A stretch of DNA of 64,000 nucleotides, taken from positions 62,001 to 126,000 of the forward strand of contig JAWLHB010000011.1 in NCBI GenBank assembly GCA_041690595.1, read 5' to 3'. Origin of the DNA: Lentisphaeria bacterium. Its GTDB lineage: Bacteria > Verrucomicrobiota > Lentisphaeria > JABSQK01 > JAWLHB01. Under the pieces are notes generated by a model that worked only from the letters and a program-made list of their open reading frames with translations, was not told the DNA's origin and ran no database searches. The translations under genes and the position numbers were made by a program. This document shows positions 38,767 through 46,661 of this stretch, piece after piece (within the stretch, counting starts at the first letter, position 1; the number at the start of each line of letters is the position of its first letter).

Positions 38767-39789
38767 TCAGTCCAGTTGAAGCTCGGCGAAGTAGATGTCG
38801 TTCGGGGTGAGGAGCTGGCCCTTGTCATGGGGTTCGTCCGGCTCCAGACGAAAGGGCATGGGAATGACACCGCTGTGATAGGCATGCTGAGAATAGTAGC
38901 TGAGGCAGATTCTTCCGGCGGGATCTTTGACCAGGCCAGGATATGAGCAATCGCCGCTGGCAGGAATGAGAAGGTTGAGATCGGTGTGGCCTCGGGTCAG
39001 CTTCCAGATACCGAGTGTGCAGCGGCTGAGGTAGGGGAAGGAGGCGATGCCGTCGAGATCGGGATTGCAGCGGCCGGCGACGTAGAGCTGCCCTCCATGC
39101 TCGAGGATGATGGGCGCGTGGATCATCGAGTTGAGGCGGGTTGTCTCCCAGTCGGTATAGGGCTTGCGCGCGCTGGCGAAGTACGAGTAGTTGGGATTTT
39201 CCATGCCGCGGGCGACCATCCATGCCTCGCCATCGGGATGAAAGTAGATGTCCGACTCGTTGAGGTTCTGTTCGGGCTTTCCGACCCGGGAAAGGGAGTT
39301 CCATTCCAGGAGATCGGTCGAGGTGACAATCTCCACATACATGCGGTGGTCGCTGTCGGGTGGAGCAATGCCCTCGATGAGGCCGTAGTAGAGCCCTTCA
39401 TGCCGGCGCACGCGCCAGAGCCATTGGCCCCGGTCGAGGATGGGCTGAGGCTTCGACCAGTTGAATCCATCTTCACTGAAGGCGATGTAGGACTGCAGGT
39501 TGCGTTGCTTATATCCGCAGACCCAGGAGGGGAAGATGGCCGCGATGCGCTTCTCGTCGATCGGGAAGAGCTTGGGATCGCGGTTGTCGCCGGGGACCTT
39601 GAGGCGCGCCACTTCGCGGAAGCGGGTTCGGTCTTCCGAGACGGCGATCACGGCTTCACTATCGATGGAAACGTGGGCAGTTCCTTTGCGGTAGCTCACC
39701 CAGTACCCGTCCTGCCAGCAGGCAAGGTCCGTGAAGGCGTTGTGCATCCCGTCGCGAACCACGGTGACCTGGCGGAGGATTCTGCTCAT
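38767..39789 (-). CDS. Sialidase-like (Asp-box) beta-propeller protein
   Basis: HNAFTDL, RDPKL, Asp-box-like SEDRTRF/SEDGFNW/STDLLEW, GDCSYPG. No signal peptide. Confidence 0.65.
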   Translation of the reverse strand: MSRILRQVTVVRDGMHNAFTDLACWQDGYWVSYRKGTAHVSIDSEAVIAVSEDRTRFREVARLKVPGDNRDPKLFPIDEKRIAAIFPSWVCGYKQRNLQSYIAFSEDGFNWSKPQPILDRGQWLWRVRRHEGLYYGLIEGIAPPDSDHRMYVEIVTSTDLLEWNSLSRVGKPEQNLNESDIYFHPDGEAWMVARGMENPNYSYFASARKPYTDWETTRLNSMIHAPIILEHGGQLYVAGRCNPDLDGIASFPYLSRCTLGIWKLTRGHTDLNLLIPASGDCSYPGLVKDPAGRICLSYYSQHAYHSGVIPMPFRLEPDEPHDKGQLLTPNDIYFAELQLD

Positions 39790-39866
39790 GGCATCGATTC
39801 CTGACTTTGGGTTGTCATGCTGTGCATGACATACATGAGCGTGTAAAGTCCTTGCTGCCAAGGCAC

Positions 39867-41012
39867 TCAGTCGAGAATCTGCGCGGGGGCAACGGGCTTG
39901 GCTGGCTTTGCCGGGGCGGCCGGCTGTGCTGGCGGCGGTTTGGGGGGCTCTTCGCCGACGAAATGGAGGCCGAAGTTGGAGAGAATCGGGTACTTGTCCT
40001 GGAAGTAAAGCATCCAGCCGGCGGGGATACCCCGTTCTTCCATCATTTCACGGGCGCGGACATAGACTTCGAAGCTGTCGGGATAGACGATGAAGCGCGC
40101 ATAGTGCTTCTCCTTGTCGAATTCCCGTACAATGCGGCGATAGTCGGAGAGCTGAGCCTCGAGGTCACGGGGGCTTTCTCCGGCGCCTTTGCGCATCTCC
40201 GCCATGAGGGTCTCGTTGAAATTCTTCACTTCGAGGGTGAGACGGAACTGACGATCGCCGATGTCACGGCTCTCGAAATAGCGCTCGGTGTCCTCGGCGG
40301 CGAAGATCCATCCTTCGATCTCGCTGAGCAGTTGATGGGTGCGGGAATCCTGCCAGCTGATCTTGGCGATCTTGCCCCCCTGTCGCTCAACCAGCAGGTT
40401 CTTGGACGCCACGATGCGTTTGAGGGCAAGCTCGATGAGGGCGTCCTGATCCATCTGGGCGATGCGGTTGTCGTGGCAGACGAACCATATCGGGGTGCTT
40501 CCTGCTGGGGGCGAGCGCGGATTGGGCATCCGGATGATCTTGGTCCCCTGCGGGTTCACCTTTGGCAAGGCTGCCAGCTGCTGGCGCAGCTTGACGATCT
40601 CCTCGTCGTTCTTCTTGATGGTCGCCTGGAGTTCCTGAAGCTGCTTTCGGAGTTCTTCCAGGGTCTTGTCGCTGGCCAGAAGCCGTTGTTGCAGATCGGC
40701 GGCGGTGCTGGGCTTCTCCAACTCGGCGATCTCCTTCTCCAGCTTGCTGATTTCCGCGAGGAGCTTCTGGAGATCTTCCAGTTTCACTTCGTTCTGCTGG
40801 AGCTTTTCCTGCTGGGTGAGCATCAGTGCCCGCAGTTGGTCCAACTCCATCTGGGAGATGTCGGGCAGTTTCCATTTGATGCGCTGGACGGCTTCTCGCA
40901 CGCCGAGCAGGGTGACGACGAGCATGATGACCAGAATGCCGACGACATTAGTCATCGTGTCGAGCAGGGAGTCGAAGCTGGGTTCGCCTTCTTTCTTGCG
41001 TCGTTTGGCCAT
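39867..41012 (-). CDS. ExbD/TolR-like single-pass protein with long coiled coil (channel Asp retained)
   Basis: Basic N-terminus, SLLDTMTNVVGILVIMLVVTLL TM, ~100-aa heptad-rich segment, C-terminal alpha/beta domain (ARFIVYPDSFEVY), Pro-rich tail. Confidence 0.7.
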   Translation of the reverse strand: MAKRRKKEGEPSFDSLLDTMTNVVGILVIMLVVTLLGVREAVQRIKWKLPDISQMELDQLRALMLTQQEKLQQNEVKLEDLQKLLAEISKLEKEIAELEKPSTAADLQQRLLASDKTLEELRKQLQELQATIKKNDEEIVKLRQQLAALPKVNPQGTKIIRMPNPRSPPAGSTPIWFVCHDNRIAQMDQDALIELALKRIVASKNLLVERQGGKIAKISWQDSRTHQLLSEIEGWIFAAEDTERYFESRDIGDRQFRLTLEVKNFNETLMAEMRKGAGESPRDLEAQLSDYRRIVREFDKEKHYARFIVYPDSFEVYVRAREMMEERGIPAGWMLYFQDKYPILSNFGLHFVGEEPPKPPPAQPAAPAKPAKPVAPAQILD

Positions 41013-41015
41013 GAA

Positions 41016-41813
41016 TCAGAACCTGCTGAGGTCGAGTTGTCCATCACCGAGAATAGGCAGCTTGGTGACCATGACGTTGTTGTAGCGGGCGGTGTATTCG
41101 GCGGTGGCGAAGAGGCGGTACCCATTCTCGCGGATGAGGAAGACAAGGACCTTGTCGTAGTTGCCCGCCATGGAGTCCAGAAGTTTCTTGAAGTTGGCGT
41201 CGCTGCGGATCGCGGCGGCGGGAACGCGGGTCTTCTGCCCATCGGGATCGAGGATGAGGCCGTCCTTGTCGATCTCGACGAAAACGGGCTGATTGCCGCG
41301 TTTGGCGGTGTGCTCGCCCGGTTCGACCCGGACGGTGGGCGCCGCGTTGACGAGGCGTCGCTGCTGGATTTCCTCGAGCAGTTGGGCGATGGTAGTTTCC
41401 TGCTCCGTCTGGCGGGGAGTCAGCTTCTCGATCTGCTCGAGGAGCTTCTTGCGGGCCTCGTCGAGCTGAGCCAGCTTATCCTGCAGCTCCTTGTTCTCCT
41501 GGACCGTCTTCTGGCGCTCCTGTCGGAGCTTTTCGGCCTGTTGGCGCAGCAGTTCGAGTCGGGCTCTGAGCTGATCCAGCTGGCTGAGGTCGGGTTGGAG
41601 CTTTTCCAACTCCGCCTCCATCTCCTGACGCTGCTTGTCAAGCTCTTCGAACTCTTCGACGCGCTCGACGAGTTCCTCCTCGGGATCGGACTCCATCTGG
41701 GTGATGGAGACGCTGGCGATGAGCAGGATAAGGGTGCCGATCACGCAGGCAAGGATGCTGAGGAAGGGGAAGAGCGAAACTGGATTTTCGTCAGTGCCTC
41801 TTGGGCGAGCCAT
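41016..41813 (-). CDS. ExbD/TolR-like single-pass protein with long coiled coil (Asp replaced by Ser)
   Basis: SLFPFLSILACVIGTLILLI TM, ~110-aa coiled coil, ExbD-like C-terminus (VFVEIDKDGLIL...VFLIRENG). GAGGT RBS before ATG 41813. Confidence 0.7.
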   Translation of the reverse strand: MARPRGTDENPVSLFPFLSILACVIGTLILLIASVSITQMESDPEEELVERVEEFEELDKQRQEMEAELEKLQPDLSQLDQLRARLELLRQQAEKLRQERQKTVQENKELQDKLAQLDEARKKLLEQIEKLTPRQTEQETTIAQLLEEIQQRRLVNAAPTVRVEPGEHTAKRGNQPVFVEIDKDGLILDPDGQKTRVPAAAIRSDANFKKLLDSMAGNYDKVLVFLIRENGYRLFATAEYTARYNNVMVTKLPILGDGQLDLSRF

Positions 41814-41826
41814 CAGTGCGACCTCG

Positions 41827-43350
41827 TTACTTTCTGGAGGCGGAGGAGAACCAGCGCCGCGGAGTCTGCTGGATGACAACCTGTTTCTCGCCGAGGTCCT
41901 TCAGCACCGAATTGAGACTGCCGAGGGCTTCGGACATGGCGACGATGTGAGACTTCATGCCGTCGAGAGGTTCCAGGCGCGTTGCCAGCTTCGTCTGGAA
42001 GGAGTCGGCGCGTTTCTCCATCGAACTGAACTGCTGCTCGACGGCGGCGGAGAGCTGCTCCATGGCGGCGCGGTGGTTGGCGAGCACGGCCTCGGTCTGC
42101 GCCGAGATGGGCGAGAGGGTCTGGTCGAGGGCGGCGACCAAACCTTCCTGGAAAGCGGCGGCGCGCCCCTCCAGGGAGGTGGTGTGACTTTCGGCGATCT
42201 CGGCCATGCGTTGCAGGTATTCCGTCTGTTGGGAGAGCATGCCCTGAAACTCGACGAGTATGGTCTGCTGCGTGCTGGCGATGCGCTGGCTCACTGCCTG
42301 GAGTACGGACGAAGCATCGCCCTGCTCCTGCGTCAATGCGCCGATGTCGGCAAGACGTTTGAGCAGGTTCTCGTTGCAGTAGGCATCGACGGTGCTAAGC
42401 AGGTCCTCTTCCGCCTTCTGCGTGGCGTTGAGCGGAAAGCTGATGACGAGACTCATGCAGAGGGCGACCAGGGTGGTATCGAAGGCGACCGCCAGGCCGC
42501 CGGTGACGCCGTTGAGCGATTCCTTCAGAACGGAGATGTCGTTCGCGGCCTCCAGAGAGCCGGAGAAGCCGCCGACCGCCGCTGAAATACCCATAACCGT
42601 TCCGATAAACCCGAGGATGGGGATGGCCCAGAGAAAGACCTTGAGCAAGGAATAGCTGGAGGCGATGGTCGAGGCATCGATTTCGGACTGAGACATCATC
42701 ATGCTGGCGACTTCCGGGTTGCTCTGGCGGACCCGAAAGTGCTGCAGCCCGACGGTCATGCGCTTCACGATGAGGGTATCGTGCAGTTTGGCGGGCAGCT
42801 CGCCGATATGACTGAGAAAGCGATCGACGTTGAGTGGGGTGATATCCTCGGCGATGGATTCCGGAAGGATGTCCAGAAGCATGGCGCGTCGTTGCTGCTG
42901 GAGTTTACGATATTTGAGCACAAGGATGGCGAGAGACCAGCCGAGGAAGACGACGAGAACGAAGGGAACCCATCCGCGCTCCCAGAAGAGGAGACCGAAG
43001 TAGCTGTGCCGAACGGGCAGAGTGAGGAGGTAGAAGGCGATGGCGAAAACCATGCCGCAGCCGAAGCTGAGCAGGATGGAGACGTTGGAGCTGTCGGTGG
43101 GACGCCATGCGCCCGAAGTACCGGCAGGTTCCTGTTTGGTCGACTGCTGCTTCTTGCGAATGCCCGTGTCAGGGCCTGACTGGCTCTCCGTTGGCGGCGT
43201 CTCGACGGCGGCGGAGGAATCCGACTCTTTCTTTTTGGCTACGCTTGGTGCGCGAAGCTTGCCGTTGCAGTTCGGGCAGCGGAGAACCTGGCCGCTGAGT
43301 TCATCATCGCACTTCAGATCCTGCTTACAATGTGGACAAAGAAAATTCAT
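41827..43350 (-). CDS. MotA/TolQ/ExbB-family ion-channel subunit with N-terminal zinc ribbon and long helical C-tail
   Basis: CPHC-x16-CPNC; four hydrophobic segments including AIPILGFIGTVMGI and GLAVAFDTTLVAL; ~200 aa of amphipathic helix after the last TM. Confidence 0.85.
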   Translation of the reverse strand: MNFLCPHCKQDLKCDDELSGQVLRCPNCNGKLRAPSVAKKKESDSSAAVETPPTESQSGPDTGIRKKQQSTKQEPAGTSGAWRPTDSSNVSILLSFGCGMVFAIAFYLLTLPVRHSYFGLLFWERGWVPFVLVVFLGWSLAILVLKYRKLQQQRRAMLLDILPESIAEDITPLNVDRFLSHIGELPAKLHDTLIVKRMTVGLQHFRVRQSNPEVASMMMSQSEIDASTIASSYSLLKVFLWAIPILGFIGTVMGISAAVGGFSGSLEAANDISVLKESLNGVTGGLAVAFDTTLVALCMSLVISFPLNATQKAEEDLLSTVDAYCNENLLKRLADIGALTQEQGDASSVLQAVSQRIASTQQTILVEFQGMLSQQTEYLQRMAEIAESHTTSLEGRAAAFQEGLVAALDQTLSPISAQTEAVLANHRAAMEQLSAAVEQQFSSMEKRADSFQTKLATRLEPLDGMKSHIVAMSEALGSLNSVLKDLGEKQVVIQQTPRRWFSSASRK

Positions 43351-43512
43351 CAGGCTGTGCTCATGGGGGTTGATTGAGGGAGAATCCACTAACCTATAGA
43401 CCGATGGGGCGTTATCAAGTTCCGCTGCGCCAGTTCTGTCGGCAAACGGGCCACTTTTCGGGATGCTCAGGAGGTGGTATCCTTCTTTTTCATTTTTCTT
43501 TGGCAAAGAGGC

Positions 43513-43541
43513 TTGCAAGCGAGGGGTGGTGGGGCTACTTT
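43513..43541 (+). promoter_or_regulatory. Candidate sigma70 promoter of tRNA-Met
   Basis: TTGCAA, 17-nt spacer, TACTTT, about 50 nt upstream of the tRNA. Confidence 0.45.
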
Positions 43542-43592
43542 ATACGAACAGCGAATATGAGCCATTTGCGTTCATGCTGAGTTCGTTGATGT

Positions 43593-43668
43593 TGCGGGGT
43601 GGAGCAGTTGGTAGCTTGTCAGGCTCATAACCTGAAGGTCGTTGGTTCGAGTCCAACCCCCGCTACCA
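43593..43668 (+). tRNA. tRNA-Met(CAT), initiator type
   Basis: Cloverleaf TGCGGGG/CCCCGCT, D arm GAGC/GCTT, anticodon arm TCAGG-CTCATAA-CCTGA, T arm GTTGG-TTCGAGT-CCAAC, encoded CCA. Unpaired 1:72 and A11:U24. Confidence 0.95.
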
Positions 43669-43674
43669 TTTTTC

Positions 43675-43713
43675 AATCGCCTGTCGGGTAACCACCTGGC
43701 AGGCGATTTTTTT
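43675..43713 (+). terminator. Intrinsic terminator after tRNA-Met
   Basis: AATCGCCTGTCGGG...CCTGGCAGGCGATT stem running into a T tract. Confidence 0.85.
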
Positions 43714-43783
43714 CGTGTATAGCTGGTCACCACTTCCGGACCGGAAGGTGGTCGTTTTCTTCATATGCAGCAGGAGAGGGGTT

Positions 43784-45487
43784 ATGGAAGAGGAGCCGGG
43801 GGCAGCCGTTCTGGGAATCGTGTGCGAATTCGGGGTAGAGACTCAGATGCGTGATGGGACGATCCTGCGCTCGAGCGTTTTTCGACCGGATGGTCCAGGC
43901 CGTTATCCGGCGCTGCTGGCGCGGAGTCCTTACGGTACGGTGCGAGAGGGACACGAGCGGATGGTCAGGGCAGGCTACGTGGTGGTGGCGCAGGATGTGC
44001 GCGGACGGTATGCCTCTGACGGTGATTTCGAGGTTTTCAGCGATCAGGACCATGATGGGGAAGACGGTGTCGACACGATCGACTGGATGATCCAGCAACC
44101 ATGGTGCAATGGGCGGATCGGCATGTTCGGGGATTCGTATGTCGGGTATACGGTCTGGCAGACGGCTCGGATCGGGCATCCCAACCTGTTGGCGATCAGC
44201 GCTCGTACGATCCCGCGCGATCTGTGGGAGGTCGACTTCAATGGGGGAATTTTTCAGCCGGGACGTCGAGTGCACTGGTGGTTCAACTCGATTGCTCCGG
44301 ATATTCGTCGGCGCATCGGCTGGCCGGGGCCGCATACGAGCGATGCGGCGCGCGAGGTCTGGACGCAGGTCGAGCAGTCGCGCTGGCTGGGCTTCATGCC
44401 CTGGGCGGAGATAGTGGACTTTTTGCCTCCGCTTCTGGCGGAGCGGGTGCGGGAATGGTTCGAGCGTCCAGGAGCGCCGGTGTGGCGGTTTGGTGAGATG
44501 TACGACAAGATCAAGGTGCCGAATCTGGACGTGTCCGGGTGGTACGACCATTGCAACGGGTCGATCGAGCACCTTGCGGGCTTGCAGCAGTCTGGTGGTT
44601 CGTCCAGCGCGAGGCGTCATTCGCAGTTGATCTGTGGCCCCTGGAACCACCCTCAGCGTGGCGCGCGGAAGCTGGGGGAGGTGGATTTCGGTCCTTTGGC
44701 GGAAGTGGATCTGCAGGATCGGTATATCCGTTGGTTCGATCATTGGCTGAAGGGGGTGGATAATGGGGTCGACTGCGACCCGGCGGTGCAGTATTTCGAG
44801 ATGGGGACGAACCGGTGGCGAACGGCGGACAGGTGGCCGCCCGCGGCTGCCGGTGTGGCCATCTTCTACCTGGGGGCGGAGTCGGGAAGCAGCCCCGCAG
44901 CAACGGATGGGGCGCTACTGGAGGAGCCGGGTGCTCCGGGCAGCCACGGCTATCGTTACGATCCCCGCAACCCGGTGCCGACGCTCTGGTCGGAGCGGCT
45001 GTTCACTACTCCGGCGGATCGCCGGGTACTGGATTCGCGGGATGACATACTGCGTTTTCGTTCGCCGCCAATGGCGCGTGATCTGCATATTGCCGGTTAT
45101 CCCGAGGCGAGGCTCTTTGTCTCGACGTCGGCGCCCGATACCGATTTCTTTGCCCGGCTTATCGACGAGGTACCGGGAGGGATGGCGCTGGAACTTTGCT
45201 TCGGCGTGCTGCGGTTGCGACATCGGCACTCACTGGAGGAGGAGGATTTTCTGCCGCCGGGTGAGGTGGCCGAGCTGCGGATCCGGCTTGGTGCGGTCGC
45301 CTGCTGCATACGTGAGGGACATCGCATTCGGCTGGAAGTGACCAGCAGCGATTTTCCGAACTTCGACCGCAATCACAATACTGGTGGCCGCGACCTCTTC
45401 GAGAGTGAGTTGCGGATAGCGGATCAGCGTGTCTGGCATGGCGGAGAGCAGCTATCGCGACTTATCCTACCGATTGTCGGCGGCTGA
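43784..45487 (+). CDS. CocE/NonD-family (S15) serine hydrolase
   Basis: MRDGTIL, RSPYG, QDVRGRYASDG, WCNGRIGMFGDSY (nucleophile), GWYD, GPWNH, GHRIRLEVTSSDFP. Confidence 0.92.
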   Translation: MEEEPGAAVLGIVCEFGVETQMRDGTILRSSVFRPDGPGRYPALLARSPYGTVREGHERMVRAGYVVVAQDVRGRYASDGDFEVFSDQDHDGEDGVDTIDWMIQQPWCNGRIGMFGDSYVGYTVWQTARIGHPNLLAISARTIPRDLWEVDFNGGIFQPGRRVHWWFNSIAPDIRRRIGWPGPHTSDAAREVWTQVEQSRWLGFMPWAEIVDFLPPLLAERVREWFERPGAPVWRFGEMYDKIKVPNLDVSGWYDHCNGSIEHLAGLQQSGGSSSARRHSQLICGPWNHPQRGARKLGEVDFGPLAEVDLQDRYIRWFDHWLKGVDNGVDCDPAVQYFEMGTNRWRTADRWPPAAAGVAIFYLGAESGSSPAATDGALLEEPGAPGSHGYRYDPRNPVPTLWSERLFTTPADRRVLDSRDDILRFRSPPMARDLHIAGYPEARLFVSTSAPDTDFFARLIDEVPGGMALELCFGVLRLRHRHSLEEEDFLPPGEVAELRIRLGAVACCIREGHRIRLEVTSSDFPNFDRNHNTGGRDLFESELRIADQRVWHGGEQLSRLILPIVGG

Positions 45488-46661
45488 GGAGCAGGTAGTA
45501 GAGCCAGAGCTGTGCGCCGGCGGCGGCGAGGAGAGCGGCGGCGGTTGTGGCGTAGACGGCGACGGTGCCGTGATATTGATAGAGCCAGCCACCACCGATG
45601 GAGCCGAGGACGATGCCGCCGCCGATGATGGACTCGTGCATGGCCATGCGTGCGGTGCGGTCGGGGCTTCCGGCGGCGCCGTGGAAGAGGCTGGCATTGT
45701 AGCAGAGGGACATCAGGATTCCCATCGCGCCGAAGAGGACGACGAGGACTGAGAGACTCTCCATGCCGATGAGCGCGACGTGCAGGAGTGCGAGTGTAAC
45801 CATGCTGACCAGCATGGGCCAGAGGCGAAAGTGCCAGAAGATGACCTGGCCAAGGACGAGGAAGGTAAGGGTCGACAGTAGTGAGCGCTGTAAGAAGAGG
45901 ACGCCGACGGTGCTGGGCATCATGCCCAGTTCTTCGCGAGCGGCCAGGGGGAAGACGTTGATGATGACCCCGAGGGCGGCAAAGGTGGCGAAGAGGCCGA
46001 GCCAGGCGGGGAAGCGGAGGGGGGTACTGCGGTCAACCGTATCCGTCCCTCTATCCTGAGGCGTGCCACCGCTGACCGTGAGGCGGACTTCGGGCTGAAG
46101 CTCGCCGATGACGATCAGGAAGGCGGCGCCGACGACGTAGAGGGCTGAACCCACCAGTATCGTGAAGGTGGAATCGAAGTCGCTCAACCAGCCGGCAATG
46201 TAGGGGCCGACAATCATTCCGCTGCTCCAGGCGAGGTTGAAGCGTGCCAGCTCGCGGTTGAGGTCTCGACCTTCCATGCCGGCGGTGATCCACCCCATGA
46301 CAATCGGCCAGAAGAGGGAGAGGGCGAGCCCTTTGCAGAGGGCCAGGAGGAAGAGCAGGGGTAGCCAGGGCACGAAGACGTAAAGGAGGACGATGAGTGA
46401 CATTGCTGCCAGGGAAGCCTGTACCGCGCGTGCCGCCGACCAGTGTCGGAGACGAGGTTGGAGCAGGTGGCAACCACCGCTGTAGCCGAGCCAGAACATG
46501 GCCGAAAAGAGGCCGATCTGGCTACCCGTGGCGGAACGATGATCACGCAGATAGAAGACCGCGCCGAGATTGATCATGTTCATGCTGAGCGCGACCAGAA
46601 CGGCCGTGCTGTAGCAGATCAGGCGCTTTGCCCGATCGGGGGAGAGGGGGCGCTCACTCAT
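45462..46661 (-). CDS. MFS transporter
   Basis: About 12 hydrophobic helices; ATGA overlap with the upstream M48 gene. Confidence 0.85.
   Translation of the reverse strand: MSERPLSPDRAKRLICYSTAVLVALSMNMINLGAVFYLRDHRSATGSQIGLFSAMFWLGYSGGCHLLQPRLRHWSAARAVQASLAAMSLIVLLYVFVPWLPLLFLLALCKGLALSLFWPIVMGWITAGMEGRDLNRELARFNLAWSSGMIVGPYIAGWLSDFDSTFTILVGSALYVVGAAFLIVIGELQPEVRLTVSGGTPQDRGTDTVDRSTPLRFPAWLGLFATFAALGVIINVFPLAAREELGMMPSTVGVLFLQRSLLSTLTFLVLGQVIFWHFRLWPMLVSMVTLALLHVALIGMESLSVLVVLFGAMGILMSLCYNASLFHGAAGSPDRTARMAMHESIIGGGIVLGSIGGGWLYQYHGTVAVYATTAAALLAAAGAQLWLYYLLLSRRQSVG

Noticed and set aside
39807..41876. 689-aa plus-strand Leu-rich ORF
   Set aside because: Antisense mirror of the two coiled-coil genes (GAG/CAG/AAG codons read as Leu on the other strand).
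39867..43350. Calling the motor operon Zorya, Tol-Pal or a flagellar stator
   Set aside because: No OmpA-like peptidoglycan-binding domain in either B-like subunit, and no zorC/D/E, tolA/tolB/pal or flagellar genes nearby.
43593..45487. Genomic island integrated at tRNA-Met
   Set aside because: No integrase, no duplicated tRNA 3' end seen, and the native terminator directly follows the tRNA.
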